Assembly: GCA_050273025.1 (NCBI GenBank)
Contig: CP158635.1
Span: 9,238,001-9,302,000 of the forward strand
From: Cenococcum geophilum
Taxonomy: Eukaryota
DNA: 64,000 bases
Direction: 5' to 3'
Shown in pieces: positions 1 to 12,194 of this stretch. Made by a program: the position numbers and the translations under genes. The notes below the pieces were generated by a model. The model worked only from the letters and a program-made list of their open reading frames with translations. It was not told the origin of the DNA and made no database searches. The stretch's first letter is position 1. Each line of letters opens with the position of its first letter.

Positions 1-1822
1 CTAGCGGGTTTAAGGCTTCGTATGTTATAATAGAGGACCGTAAATTGTTAATAAGGCCAGCTATGGTGTCTGCGGGCTTATAATAGGCGTATTTGCAGGG
101 TTCTATTTCCTAGTAAGCCGTAATAAGTTTATTATACAGAAAGTCGTCCGTTTAAAGCTTGATATTAAAACTGTGCTATAAGTGGCGGAGGTCTTTAATA
201 AGGATTTGCAGGTACTCTATGGTCGATTTTTTAGTATTTTTGTCCATTACAGTCCGTAACTTAGTCGCATTCTATTAGGTACGGATATTACGCTTATATT
301 CCGGTCCTTTAAAGTAGTTATATGTGGCTTCGTATAGCTTATTAAAGGGAACACCAAGGGGGTTATTCTTAAGGTTGGTATAGTAGTGGTTAAGTACTAG
401 GCCGCGCAGTATAGTAGAGTAGGCTTAACTAAACTCCTATTTAGGAATATCGGCCTTCTAATAGAGGTCCGTAAAGATAGTTAGTTTAAAGTTAAAGTTA
501 TCGTTTTCACCGCTATACTTAGATTTATCGGTATAGAGCTTAGCTAGGTTAGCTAGTTCCTTACTATAGGTCTTTACTTAAGTAGTTTATAGATCTGTAA
601 CTTAAGTGACAGAAGGGTTTTAGTTTATATTTTAATTTATAGAGGTATTACGGTCCGTAATTTGGGTTACGGGATTATTATAGTCCGTAACTTAAGTACT
701 AGGTATACTTTAGCCCGTAAAATTAATTCCAAAATCGCTTAGATTTATAGGACAAATTTAGTTAAGTAGGTTAGGTATAAGGCTAGTAATACTATTAAGT
801 TTAGGAGAAGTAAAGAGTTTATTAGTGGCTTTAACCTAGTTTAGGATTTCCTCTTTAGTCTATTCCATTTAGTTCTCCTCCTATATTGTGTTGTATAAGG
901 ACTATATAATAGTAACTCGTTTATCCTTTTTAACCCATACACCTTAGTAATATAAAAGGGTTTATAGGTTATGGATAGCAGTAGGGTTACAAGCCTTAAA
1001 AATAGCTTCTGTAAAGTCCGTAAAGTCTTCCTTATATTACTCCTATAGGCTATTATTTAGGAGCTTATAGTATCCGTATTTAAGGATTTTAAAATTAATG
1101 TAGTCGTTAACGCCGTCTGTAGACGTAAGGTCGACTCCCTAACTCTACTTTTTTTAACCTTTACTAATTTGCTTAGTTATATCTGCCATATTATGTAGCG
1201 TAGTATGTCTATATAAGCTGTAACGGGTTAAGAGGAGCTTGTAGCGGGTGGAAGTGGATTATAGCGGGTGGAGGAGGTCTTATAATGGTCCGTAAAATTA
1301 ATTAACGGGTCCGTAATAGTTTGAGAGATCTTGTAGTAGTCCGTAAAGGCGATTAATAGGTCTGTAATTATTTACAGGAGGGTAGGGGTTTCCGTAAAGG
1401 TCTATATTTATATCTATTACACTTTTAGTAAACCGTATTAAGACTTAAATAAGTATATAGAGTTAGTGATAGGTCCGTAATCCCTAACTTCCAACCTTAT
1501 AGTAGGTCGTACTAGGATTAAACGGGTAGTCGCTGTCGTGTATCGCTTGGGGGGGTGTTAAGTAATTGCTAATCTATGCGCGCTTACTAATCAGTATTTA
1601 TATTAATTTAATAATATAAGGCGAGTTATATCCAGGGGCACAAAATACGTATAGTATCGTATGCTCTTTTAGATGGTGGTAACTATCGATTCTATTAAGG
1701 TAGACTACGTAGTCTATATACTGACGCACCTCCCCCCTAATTAGTTAGTGCTTTATAAGTGCACCAGACGCGTAAGCGGGTGGTTAGTACACCGAACGCG
1801 TAAGCACGCAGTTAGTATGACA
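1..1822 (-). mobile_element. Ty1/Copia-type LTR retrotransposon, 5' part (5' LTR ~1460-1822 plus gag), running off the left edge; apparently inserted into Gypsy A
   Basis: The minus strand ~570-400 reads YSKELANLAKLYTDKSKYSGENDNFNFKLTIFTDL..KADIP, typical of fungal Copia gag. Candidate ATG at 1189. LTR-like end ...ATGACA at 1822. Inner LTR boundary is uncertain. Confidence 0.7.
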
Positions 1823-4800
1823 GGTGCTATAATTATACAGATACTAATAATATATTATCCTTTATTAACTATATAACTACGAATAAGTAAATAAAAGAGC
1901 TATTACCTATTAAAATTAAAATACAAGACGCTAAGATGTTTATAAAAATGGTAGTATAAGACCCTAATAAATACTACCGCCTTTTATAGAACTACTACCT
2001 AAAGCTTATATAAGCTAAGATACGTACTACCTAAGATTATAATATTATTTAAGACATATAAGCTTATAAGACGCTCGCTAATAACATATATTAAGAAACT
2101 AAAGAAACCTCCGTATATTTAAACATAACATTTAACAGTTAAAGAAGAATATAATTATATTAATTACTATAGTTACTAAAAAAAAGGCATAATTAAATAC
2201 CTATAATCTTAGCTTAATAAGTATATTCGTAATAACGCTAGATATCTCTCTACTATATATAATGCTACCTAAGTCTCTATACCTTTAGCAACTTTACCTA
2301 CTTAATACTTAATAGAGGGTTAGCGCTAAGCAGCTTTACCTAATAGGAACCCCTACTAAAGCAGCGATAATAAAAGCTATAATAATTGGACCTAAACCGC
2401 TACTATAGGGTCTAATATACGCTACCTTAATCCCTTAGTCTTTTAGGGAGACCGTAAGGAATATAGCTACTAAAAGATATAAATCCGTAAAAACTAACTT
2501 AGAACGCCTACCTTTTCCCTATAAAAGATATTAAGATTAGCTATATTATTAGGCAAATAAAGGGTATACTATTTAATAGACTCTTCGCCTAATAGGAGAC
2601 TAGTAGCCCCTAGAAGTAGTAGTCTTACTAAAAAGTCCTTAATAATCTTAACCTAATATACCATAACTATAACCTACTAGCTACTAACTAAGCTTAACTA
2701 TATACCCTAAAGATAAGCCCTACTAAATTATTTAATAAGTTTTATATTAAATTCTAGGAATATACTAAAGCCTTTACCTAAAATAATACTAAATATTAAG
2801 AGGATCTGCTTAAAAAAGTTACTTATTGCTTTAGCTACGTAACTACTAGCTATAACTATAATAATATTTATAAGATGGTAGCAGCTATATAGAAAATTAA
2901 ACAATAACTAAATTAGATTACTACCGCTAACTTTTACCTAAAGACCTCTCTATAGAAGCCCTCCGGGCCTATTAAACCTATATATACTAAGCCACTAATA
3001 CCTACTACCTTAAGTACTACTAGAGCTAATATTAACCTCTCTATACTAACCTTTTATAAAAACTCTTAAATAGAAAGCGCGAGCTACTCTAGAAACTAGG
3101 ACCCTGCTATAGATACTATTAAAAAAGTCTATTATTATAATAACCCAAACTACCTAATAGCTAGGTTTAGTATTTACTGCCTAATACCTAACCTAATGCC
3201 CTAAATACTAAATATATTGCTATATACTATTACCGTATAAGATAAAGATGTAGTAATAGTAGTAGAATTAGATATAGAAGTGGAAAACACTAAGTCTTAG
3301 CCCTAAATCGTGGGTTAGGACGCCCTAATAATAAAGGGATTTATATATCGGCCTACTTAATAGATAACTTAGTAAAAATAAATAAATAAAATAGATAGTT
3401 TTACCTATAATAGAAACTACTGCCAAAAAATAATATAAAAGCCGTTTTATAATTAACTGCGGAGCTATTAACTAATTTATAGATACCTAACTTATGCATA
3501 CTTATAACTTACCTACTTTACCCCTTACTAAAGCCCGCGCCCTATAACTCGCTAATAGTAGTTATACCGTATAGAAGATTACCTATATAATATAACTTTA
3601 CTTAAATATAAATAGGCACTAAGAAGAGCTCTAGGCCTATATTATACTACTTACTAACTACCCTATTATCCTTAAGATAAGCTAGCTTAAATAATATAAG
3701 CCTATTATTAACTAGGAAAAGAAAGAAGCAACCTTTAACTCTAAATACTATAGAGAGACTTGCCTAGGATATAGCCTAACTACCTCTATTTACTTACTAG
3801 AATATTAACTTAAAAAACCCCTTATTATTTTACCTATAACTAACTACTACTATATAAATATTATAGCCTTCTACCGTATAGTATATAGGAAAGGCTAGAC
3901 CGTTACTATAGCTTCCTAATTATAACTATATAAGCTTAATAAAGAAGAAAACTACGTCCTTTATAGTAATAGGATAGATATAGTTAACCTTTTAAAAGTT
4001 AACGCCCTTATAAAACTCTATAGACTTTTGCTTTTAAACTTTAAAAAGTTTATAAAGCTTAAAAAAGGACTTACTAATAAAGAACTCTATAAGCTCCTCC
4101 CTAAGAGGTACTATAACTTTATTAATATATACTTACAAAAGGGCGTAAATATACTCCCCCTACATTAACCTAATAACTATATTATTAATATTAAATAAGG
4201 AAAAACGCTACCTTATAAAAGACCCTACTTAATATTAAAAGATAAACTTTTAGTTATAAGAGAGTATATTAACGAGCACCTTAATAAAGGGTTTATTTAT
4301 CCTAGTATATTACTAGCAGCTACCCCTATCCTTCTCGCTAAAAGCTAAAAGGAGGTATCCAATTCTATATTAACTATAAAGAACTTAACGCTATTAGAAT
4401 TAAAAACTAATACCTAGTACCACTTATACGGGAGACCCTTAAGCGGCTTAGCTAAGCTAAAATCTATACTAAGCTTAATATTATTACCGCCTTTAACTAT
4501 CTCTAAATACAAAAAGGCGATAAATAGAAAACTATATTTATATTACGCTTCGGCTAATTTAAATATACTATTATACCCTTTAGCGTATATAACGGCCTAG
4601 GTACCTTTTAAAGCTATATTAATAACGCCTTATAGGATTACCTTAATGACTTCTACTTTGCGTACCTAGATAATATACTTATTTATAGCGATAACCCTTC
4701 TAAGTATACTAAGTACGTTTAAAAGGTCCTATAGCGCCTTAGGGACGTAAGGCTCTATATTAATTTAAAGAAGTGTAAATTCTTAGTTATAGAAGTAAAA

Positions 4801-5470
4801 TACCTTAAACTAATTATTACTACTAAAGATATCTGTATAAACCCTAAGAAGGTATATATAGTTATTAAATAGTAAGCCCCTAACTATATTAAGGATATAT
4901 AAGCCTTCCTTAGTTTTGTTAACTTCTATTAGAAATTTATATACAACTTCTTAGGCGTAGTAGCACTACTTATAGTAATAATATAAATAAAGGGCCTTTT
5001 TATAAAAGAAAGAAAAACGCATCTATACTTTACCTAGACGCTTAAATATAAGAAGGCGTTCTAAGACCTTAAAAATACTTTTATTAAAGCACCTATCCTA
5101 GCTTACTTTATACTAGGATAATAACTCTACCTTAAAACTAACTTTTTAAACTATATTAACACAAGCGTCCTTTCTTAGATAGGTAATAACGGTTTCCTTT
5201 ACCTAGTTATATTCTACTCGTCTAAGCTTATACTATAAGAGTATAACTATAAGATCTATAATAAGGAACTTCTTATAATTATATAAGCGTTTAAGGAATT
5301 CTAACTAGAACTCTCCTTAGTAGAACCTAATTAGCTAACTAAAGTCCTTATAGATTATTATAACCTTAAGTACTTTATAACTATAAAGTAGCTAAACTAA
5401 CGCTAAGTATACTAGAATAAGTTTCTCTCTAGTTTTAACTTTAAAATCGTATATAAACTAGGAGTATAAG

Positions 5471-5680
5471 TATAACGGCGCTACCGCACGTTATCTGCCA
5501 AATTCTACCATATTCTGCCGACCTGTGATTGGCCCGCCTAAAGCTAGCGCCTTAGCAGCTCACCCTATATATTTATTTATATCGGTTCTAGCAACCTATT
5601 TTCCTTCTCTTTAGCTTAGTATCTTCGTAATACAGCATTCTATAAGCTTTGGTTTAGAAGTATTTATACAAGTCGTGATA
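5471..5680 (+). repeat. 5' LTR of Gypsy B1
   Basis: Direct repeat of 16671-16880, 49017-49227 and 54978-55188. Termini are RIPed TGTAAC...GTGACA. Confidence 0.95.
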
Positions 5681-6969
5681 TTATACTAAGCTCACTCTAC
5701 CCTACCTAAGAAGGCCTCAATAATATCCCACCCTAAAAGAAACTTCGTCTATAATAACGCATCGACGCACTATACTTAAACACCAAAAAACAACTATATA
5801 CTGCCTAGGAAGGCCTAAATAATATCCCACCTTTTAAGCTAGATAGGACTAGACCTATACCCCCAGAATTAAAACTAAAGCGTATAATACTAATAAACCT
5901 AAGGAAGCTAATAATAGCACCTAAAGCTAGCTTATTTAAGAGAGCTGCCTTTACCTAAGAGGAACCTAAGATCTAATTAGGATTAGAAATTAAAGACAAT
6001 AATAACATTATAGACGTATACGAGTAGATCTGCGCCCTTATAGCTAACTAGGAAGCCAATTATCTAAAGGCAAGGAATATATAAGAGACCTTATAAAAGA
6101 TTTTAGAAAGCCTCGCGGCCCTATAAAATAGCCTAGCTTCCCCTTTTTAAAGCCCTAATTAACTTATTTACTCTACTAAATGCGATATACTAGGGAGTAT
6201 AGATATAATAACGAAGTAATTAAAGTCTATTAAGCTCCCTAATCCCCCACTACTATCTAATAGGATAGACCCTCCCTTTAAGAATTAGAGGATTTAAGTA
6301 TAAGGAAAGCTCTGCGTTAACTATAACTATTTCCTTTCTAAAGAAGTTAAAATACTCTACCTCTTTAGCCGAACCACTGGGGACGCCTAGTGGCACCTTT
6401 AAGCTAAGTTCGAGGACGATTCTCCTATTTAATTTATATCTATTAATAAGATAATATAGCACTTAGCGGCTATTTATATTAACCCGAATAAAGTACAGGA
6501 TGCCCGTTATAACTATAATCGCCTAATAATAAAACTAAACTAACCCTTTGCTAAATTTTAGACTTAATTCCTACACCTTATAGGAGAAGGCTAGGTTCCC
6601 TTTAAGAACTACTAATTAGACCTATACAATAAGCTAATAATCCAGCTATAAGTAAAGATTACTGTAACCTTAAATAACCTACTAACCTATAAAAGACTCG
6701 CAGCTTATTGCCTATTATTAGACTTAGAACTAAAGTAGATTAACGCCTACCCTAATTGGCAGAAGCAACTCTATAATAATTAAAACTTACTAGCTATACC
6801 TATAGGAGCTAAAGTAGGAAGATAAGTTACGACTACTCTTATACTAAAGGCGGTTATAACTACGCACTAGTAAGCCTTATCTAACTAGTTACGTACTACG
6901 CCATTAACTAGTATTTACTGTAATACTCCGGTTAACCCTACCTCGGCTATATACTATAACTGTAATATA

Positions 6970-9900
6970 ATAATAATTCATTGCTTAACGTCCGATTTGG
7001 ATCCCTATTAAACCCACGCGGACTACTCCTATATACATGTGGGGAGAAAACTCTATTTAAGAAAACCCCGTAATCTATCTCCCTGCCTTTTAGGACTCGC
7101 CTATAAGGCGCCTGCAAGGCGCCTGCGAGTCACCTATAGTGCTCCTACTATCTTACTTTTTAACCTCCTTAGGAACCACTGCTGCCGTAATAAGCCTACG
7201 GACGCGCTAGTATTGCAAACTTTACTCTACTACTATAGAGTCAATAGGGGGCACCCATTGCTCGCCCCCCTGCCTTTTATTGCTATTTCCTTTACAACCC
7301 AGAACTGGTTTAGTACATTTTAGCTAATAAGCCACTAGGTAACTGCCTTAAGGCCTTTTTATATTAAGAGCAGTGTCTTATAGTTCTCTATACCAGCTAC
7401 TAAGAGTATTACTTCTTAGTTAGTACGTAAGGGGCATAGCAGTATTACGTGCTTTAGTGTCTGTCTTGGCTAGCTATATTTATATCTTAGGCTACCTACT
7501 AAAACACCTACCTAGTAGAGCCAGTCTTTTAGTCCTATTACTCCTGTTCTTAAGAGTGTTGCCATTATATTTTCTGCCTTTATTAGGCCTTCTTAGAGCC
7601 CTAGAGTGTTTACCCCCCATAGCGTTAACTATACTACGGCTTAGGTTCTTCTTGCCTTAGTTAACCTCTATACCTTTAACTCCTATACGCCTCTTTAGTG
7701 TTAGTTTAGCCAGTATTATATTATAGTAGTTGGTTTCCCAGCGTTCTTTTATGCTTTACTTTAGCTCTTTTCTCTCTCTTACTGTTGTCCTTGCTGGCCT
7801 CTTACGCGTCTCCCTTCCTCCTTTATATAGGCCTGGGCCCTAAAGCAGCACTATTCTTCTTCTACTTTCTTTACTTATTTCTCTAATATATCTTCCCTGC
7901 TTTGGGGTTGTTGGTTTATTCTCTTATAAGGCGCCCTAGGGTCCCTCTATAGTTTATTTAGGCGTGTCTTAATATACTTTATAACATTAAAGTTGCGTTC
8001 CTTTTACGCCCTTTATATTGCAGCGGCTTTAATATATAGTTATAGGGGGGGAATATTAGCTTCCTTCTTAAGTAGTACTGTGGCCGTTTGCTTATATCCA
8101 CCTATTATACTCTAAAGGCAAGCTGTTTGGACCTTTTAGAGTGGTTTAAGGAGTAATTTAGGGGGGCCTTTTTTAGATTCTCTAATGGCCCAAATACTGG
8201 ACCTATACGTTATAGTTGGCCGGACAACTGCTATATATAGTAGGCGTGACCTTTAGAAGCATAGACCCTATATAGAATTAACGATTCTAAATAATATGAT
8301 ATACTATACTTAGCCCTTACGGGCCGCTTAAGCCGCATATGCGCTCTACCGGAGCTTATTATCTACCTATACTCCTAATACTCTTAGGCCCTAAACTAGC
8401 TAACCCCTAAAGCCTTAAATGCGAATTATATACTAAAGATCTGTAGATTGGTTACGTTTTCTTATAAAATAGATTAGCTAGTACTTCTCTGGTAAGAATT
8501 GGACTTTATATCGTCTTACCTATTCTATATAGGTGTTATAAGCTTTCTCTAGCGTTCTATAATTCTCTGCGGCTATTAGCCCGTATATAATTAGGTTTAT
8601 ATTATTAACGAAGCCTATCCCCTAGGTCGCCCCTTTCTTAAAGAAGTTAAGTAGGTTGCTTATAAAGAAAAGGAAGAGTATAGGCGAGAGGGGTAATCTT
8701 TATAGTATTCCTGTTGCAACTACGATTAGGGGGCTTTAGTATCCGCTAAAAACTAGCAATATTTCTTTTTAGCCTATAAACCCTTAAATAAATTATATAA
8801 TCTATTCTAGGAAGCCTTTTGCTCTAAGAATGTATAGGAGACGCTTATAGGGTATGTTGTTATAGGCGCCACTAATATCTAGGCTAAGCATTAATACTAT
8901 AAAGTCCCTTCGCATCGCCTATGCTGATTTAATGGTGGCAGCGAGTAACGTAAGTGCTGATAGTGTTAAGCGGTTCTTTCTTGCCCCTATTTAGCTTTAT
9001 AGTAGTAGGGCGTATTCCTCTACCATATCTGCTATATAGTCCGCTATTACCCTTTCTAAGATCTTACTAAGGGTATTCTCTAAGGCAATAGGGCGGTAGC
9101 TCCCTAGAAATAAGTAGTCTGCTTTACCTTCTTTATATAGGATAAACGTTGTTATAGCTCTTCCAAGTCTTAGGTAGTAGCCTATTATAAAGTATACTCT
9201 AGCTATATCCGCAAGCTAAGGTACTATTAGTAGTCCGCAGGTTTTTAGGGCTTTATTTAAGATCCCATCTAGTCCTAATACTATATTATTTAAAAGGCGG
9301 CTAATGGTTCTGGCCATTTCTTCGGTTGTTATATTACTGTTAACCCTTAGGTAAGTTACCGGTGCTTCGCCTGTAATATCACTAAGGTCTGCTAAAACTA
9401 GTTAAGGGAAGAATCTTTCTATAAGGATTTTTGCCTTCTTATTATTGTTGCTTATAGCTAGTAATTTACCTAGTCTTTGTAGGGGCGGAAGGTGTGGGTC
9501 TTCTACTAGATGTCCTGCCTTTCTCTTTACCTATTTCGCTATCCTCTAAAGACCTTTATTATAGGGGAGGCTTAGGTTAGTAATATACTTATTTATAAAC
9601 TATCTTTAGCTATTCCTTACTTCTTTTTTTAGGGTATTCTTTAGCTGGTTTCTTATATCTTTGTAATATCTCTCGTCTTTAGGATTATAGCTACTTATGT
9701 ATTTTCTTCTTACTTGTCGTTGGCTGGCGATAAGAACCGCGCATTATGTGGACTATACGTGTCGCGCGTAGGGGCCCGCTTTTAAGATTGGGTAGTGCTC
9801 TTCTAACCTATTTTTAATTGCTGCCTAGATCCTTTCTAGTCTTTAGTTGATTTCCTTAGGGGTAGCTACTAAGCCTCGCTTATTTAGTATCGGGTAAATT

Positions 9901-12194
9901 TCTTCTAGGTCTTAGAGTTATTGTTTAACTATATTAAGAAAGCTGTCTATCTTAAGCTTTCTTATTACGTATCTTTTGCTATTTAATTATGCCTTAATAT
10001 CTAGATCTAGCTGTATTTAGATAGGGATATAGTCTAAAGCAAGTGCCTATTCTTCTTCGGGGTTACACCTTTTAAGTCTCTGGTATAGGCCTTCGTCTAT
10101 AAATATAAGGTTAATTATGCTTCTAGCAGTGCCTCGTTGCTATATAATTGCTTCTAGGGGGGTGGCTAGCTTAAGGCCCTAGGTGTTTATAGCTTTTAGT
10201 AGGCACTTTACCTATTATTTAGCAGCAATATAGATACCCCCCCATTATAGGTGGTGGAGGTTTATATCTCTTAATAGGATAGACTCTGTGCCTTTGGTTT
10301 CTAGTAAGCTTATTACTAATATAATATTCTCTATTTATGGGACCCCTTCGACCCTAGGGTTATATATATTAATAATTTGTACCGGTCCCCTATATGTTTG
10401 GATTGTTATAACTATAATATCTAGGTTAACTGCCTGCTATAACTATAAGGATAGGCTAATTACCTTACTAATTATAAAGTACACGCGTATAGCTGCTTTT
10501 GGTTTATATAGGAGCTGAAATCCTCGGGGGCAGTATATTAATTATATATAGGCATTATAATACGGCTCTTATATAGTAAGGATATAGTATTTCTCTAGGT
10601 CTAAGCTGTCTAGCAAGGGCCTTGCAAGACAGTAGTTTGTATTACCGCAGTTATACTGTATAATGGATAGGTGGTGGACCCTTAGTGGGGGTCCTTTGCC
10701 TCTCCTTTATTCCTCACTTCCTCTGTTTTCACTTTCTCTAGGATATTTAGAGCTTCTATCTCTTGTGTCTATATTCTAGTTACTACTTATTTTATATGGA
10801 GCTTTCTATTCCCATATCTTGTGTTCCTAATAGCGCTTTTATATCTAAATTTATTATTATCTCCAGTTCCTCCCCTATTCTTGCTAGTTGGCTATATGCC
10901 CTTTAAGAGTCGGCTGTAAATATTATATTTGCCGCGTTAAGTCTAATTCTTAATTGTCCTGGTCTTAAGCTTACTATAGCTGTCTATAATAGTCTTCCTA
11001 CAGGGCGTCCTCTCCCTTATGTCCCCTGTGACCCTTATATCCCCTATAATCCTTATGTCCCTATACGGTCTAGTAATATCGCGCGGCGTCGCTTCTAGCC
11101 CGTTAAGGCTTGGGATGGCTGGCCTAGCCCCCCGGTATTAAAGGTAGGAAATGCTGAAAAGGCACCTGCGCCCCCCTAGCTTATCGCCTGTTGTTTCCAT
11201 TTATATAACCTAGCGTGTAGTTGTTCCCGTAGCTGTTAAGCCCTTACCTTCCGTCTCCTGTATTTAATGCAGTCTCCTCTCTCCTACGCCTTATATGTGC
11301 TTTGGTGGCAGTTTACGCATTTTATTTAGTCTTAATTTAAGCAGTTTCTTATATTGTAGGGGCCTGCATAGTGGCCGTAGCACACCTGTGCTGCGTATAT
11401 AGATTAGGTGTATCCCTATTATACGCAGCAGTAGTATTATTTTAGGCGGAGTTTATAGTTATAGAGCCTTGCGTCGTATATAAGGCCATTTATAATAATA
11501 CCTTTTTGGATGAGGAGTTTTTGCATTCCTGGTGTATGTGTGCTGATAATAAGGGAGCTATGCGTTTAACCGGCGTCTTCCTGGCGAGTCTCTGGCGACC
11601 CTTATATTCTTTTATTATTCTTGTTATATGCTTAGTTTGCATTTTCCTGTCGAAGCTATTAGATTTGGGTAATCTCAAGTCCTAGTATAAGGCGTTCCGT
11701 TTGTTTTACTATCTTTTATATAGTTGCTGTATTATCCGCCTAGCGTCCCTTTTTTACCCTAAGGCTTAGGGGAACCACTAGGACTTTAACTGGGTAATCT
11801 TTATAGAGCACTTTTATGCCAATACGTTCTCCTAGCCTGTTCCCTACCCTTATAACTTATTCCTTTGCCTGTTGGTCCCTTAGGGTGACTCTAATGTCTC
11901 CGCTCCTAAGGTGTCGGACTATAATGGCGTCGTGGACCTCTTTACGAATTTTTATAAGGACTTCTGTTTCTAATTGTCCCCTAAGCCCCTCTGCTTTCTC
12001 TATATTTAGTTATATTGTAATTATATATCCGGATATTGTCTTTAGGGGGGTAGGCTCCCTATGCTGTAGAGGCGCAGCTATGGCGGCCTAGGTGCGGTTC
12101 GCCGGTAAGGAGGGGTTTTGTTTATTTTCGATTTTGCTTAGCCGTTGGAGGATTTAGTTGAGGGTTTGCTAAAGGGGCGCCTGAGGTTCGCTGG
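6970..12194 (-). mobile_element. Tad1-like LINE (ORF1 with CCHC knuckles; ORF2 with APE endonuclease, RT and C-terminal zinc finger), probably 5'-truncated within ORF1
   Basis: 14-bp TSD ATAACTGTAATATA at 6956-6969 and 12195-12208, splitting the B1 gag zinc knuckle that is contiguous in B2. Short (TAT)n tail at the left end. Knuckles ~11270-11440 (KCVNCHQS.HKAW..GDC). RT G(IPQGS)PLSPILF ~8672-8711 and GFV(DD) ~8600-8615. C-terminal RQT(P)KHVILLC ~7434-7490. Confidence 0.92.

Noticed and set aside
6253..12091. Short ORFs 6253-6462, 7039-7323, 7457-7660, 10288-10518 and 11816-12091
   Set aside because: Antisense or off-frame to RIPed Gypsy gag or LINE ORFs; not independent genes. The same applies to 49797-50006, 51317-51610, 52257-52448, 53072-53281 and 58854-59039.
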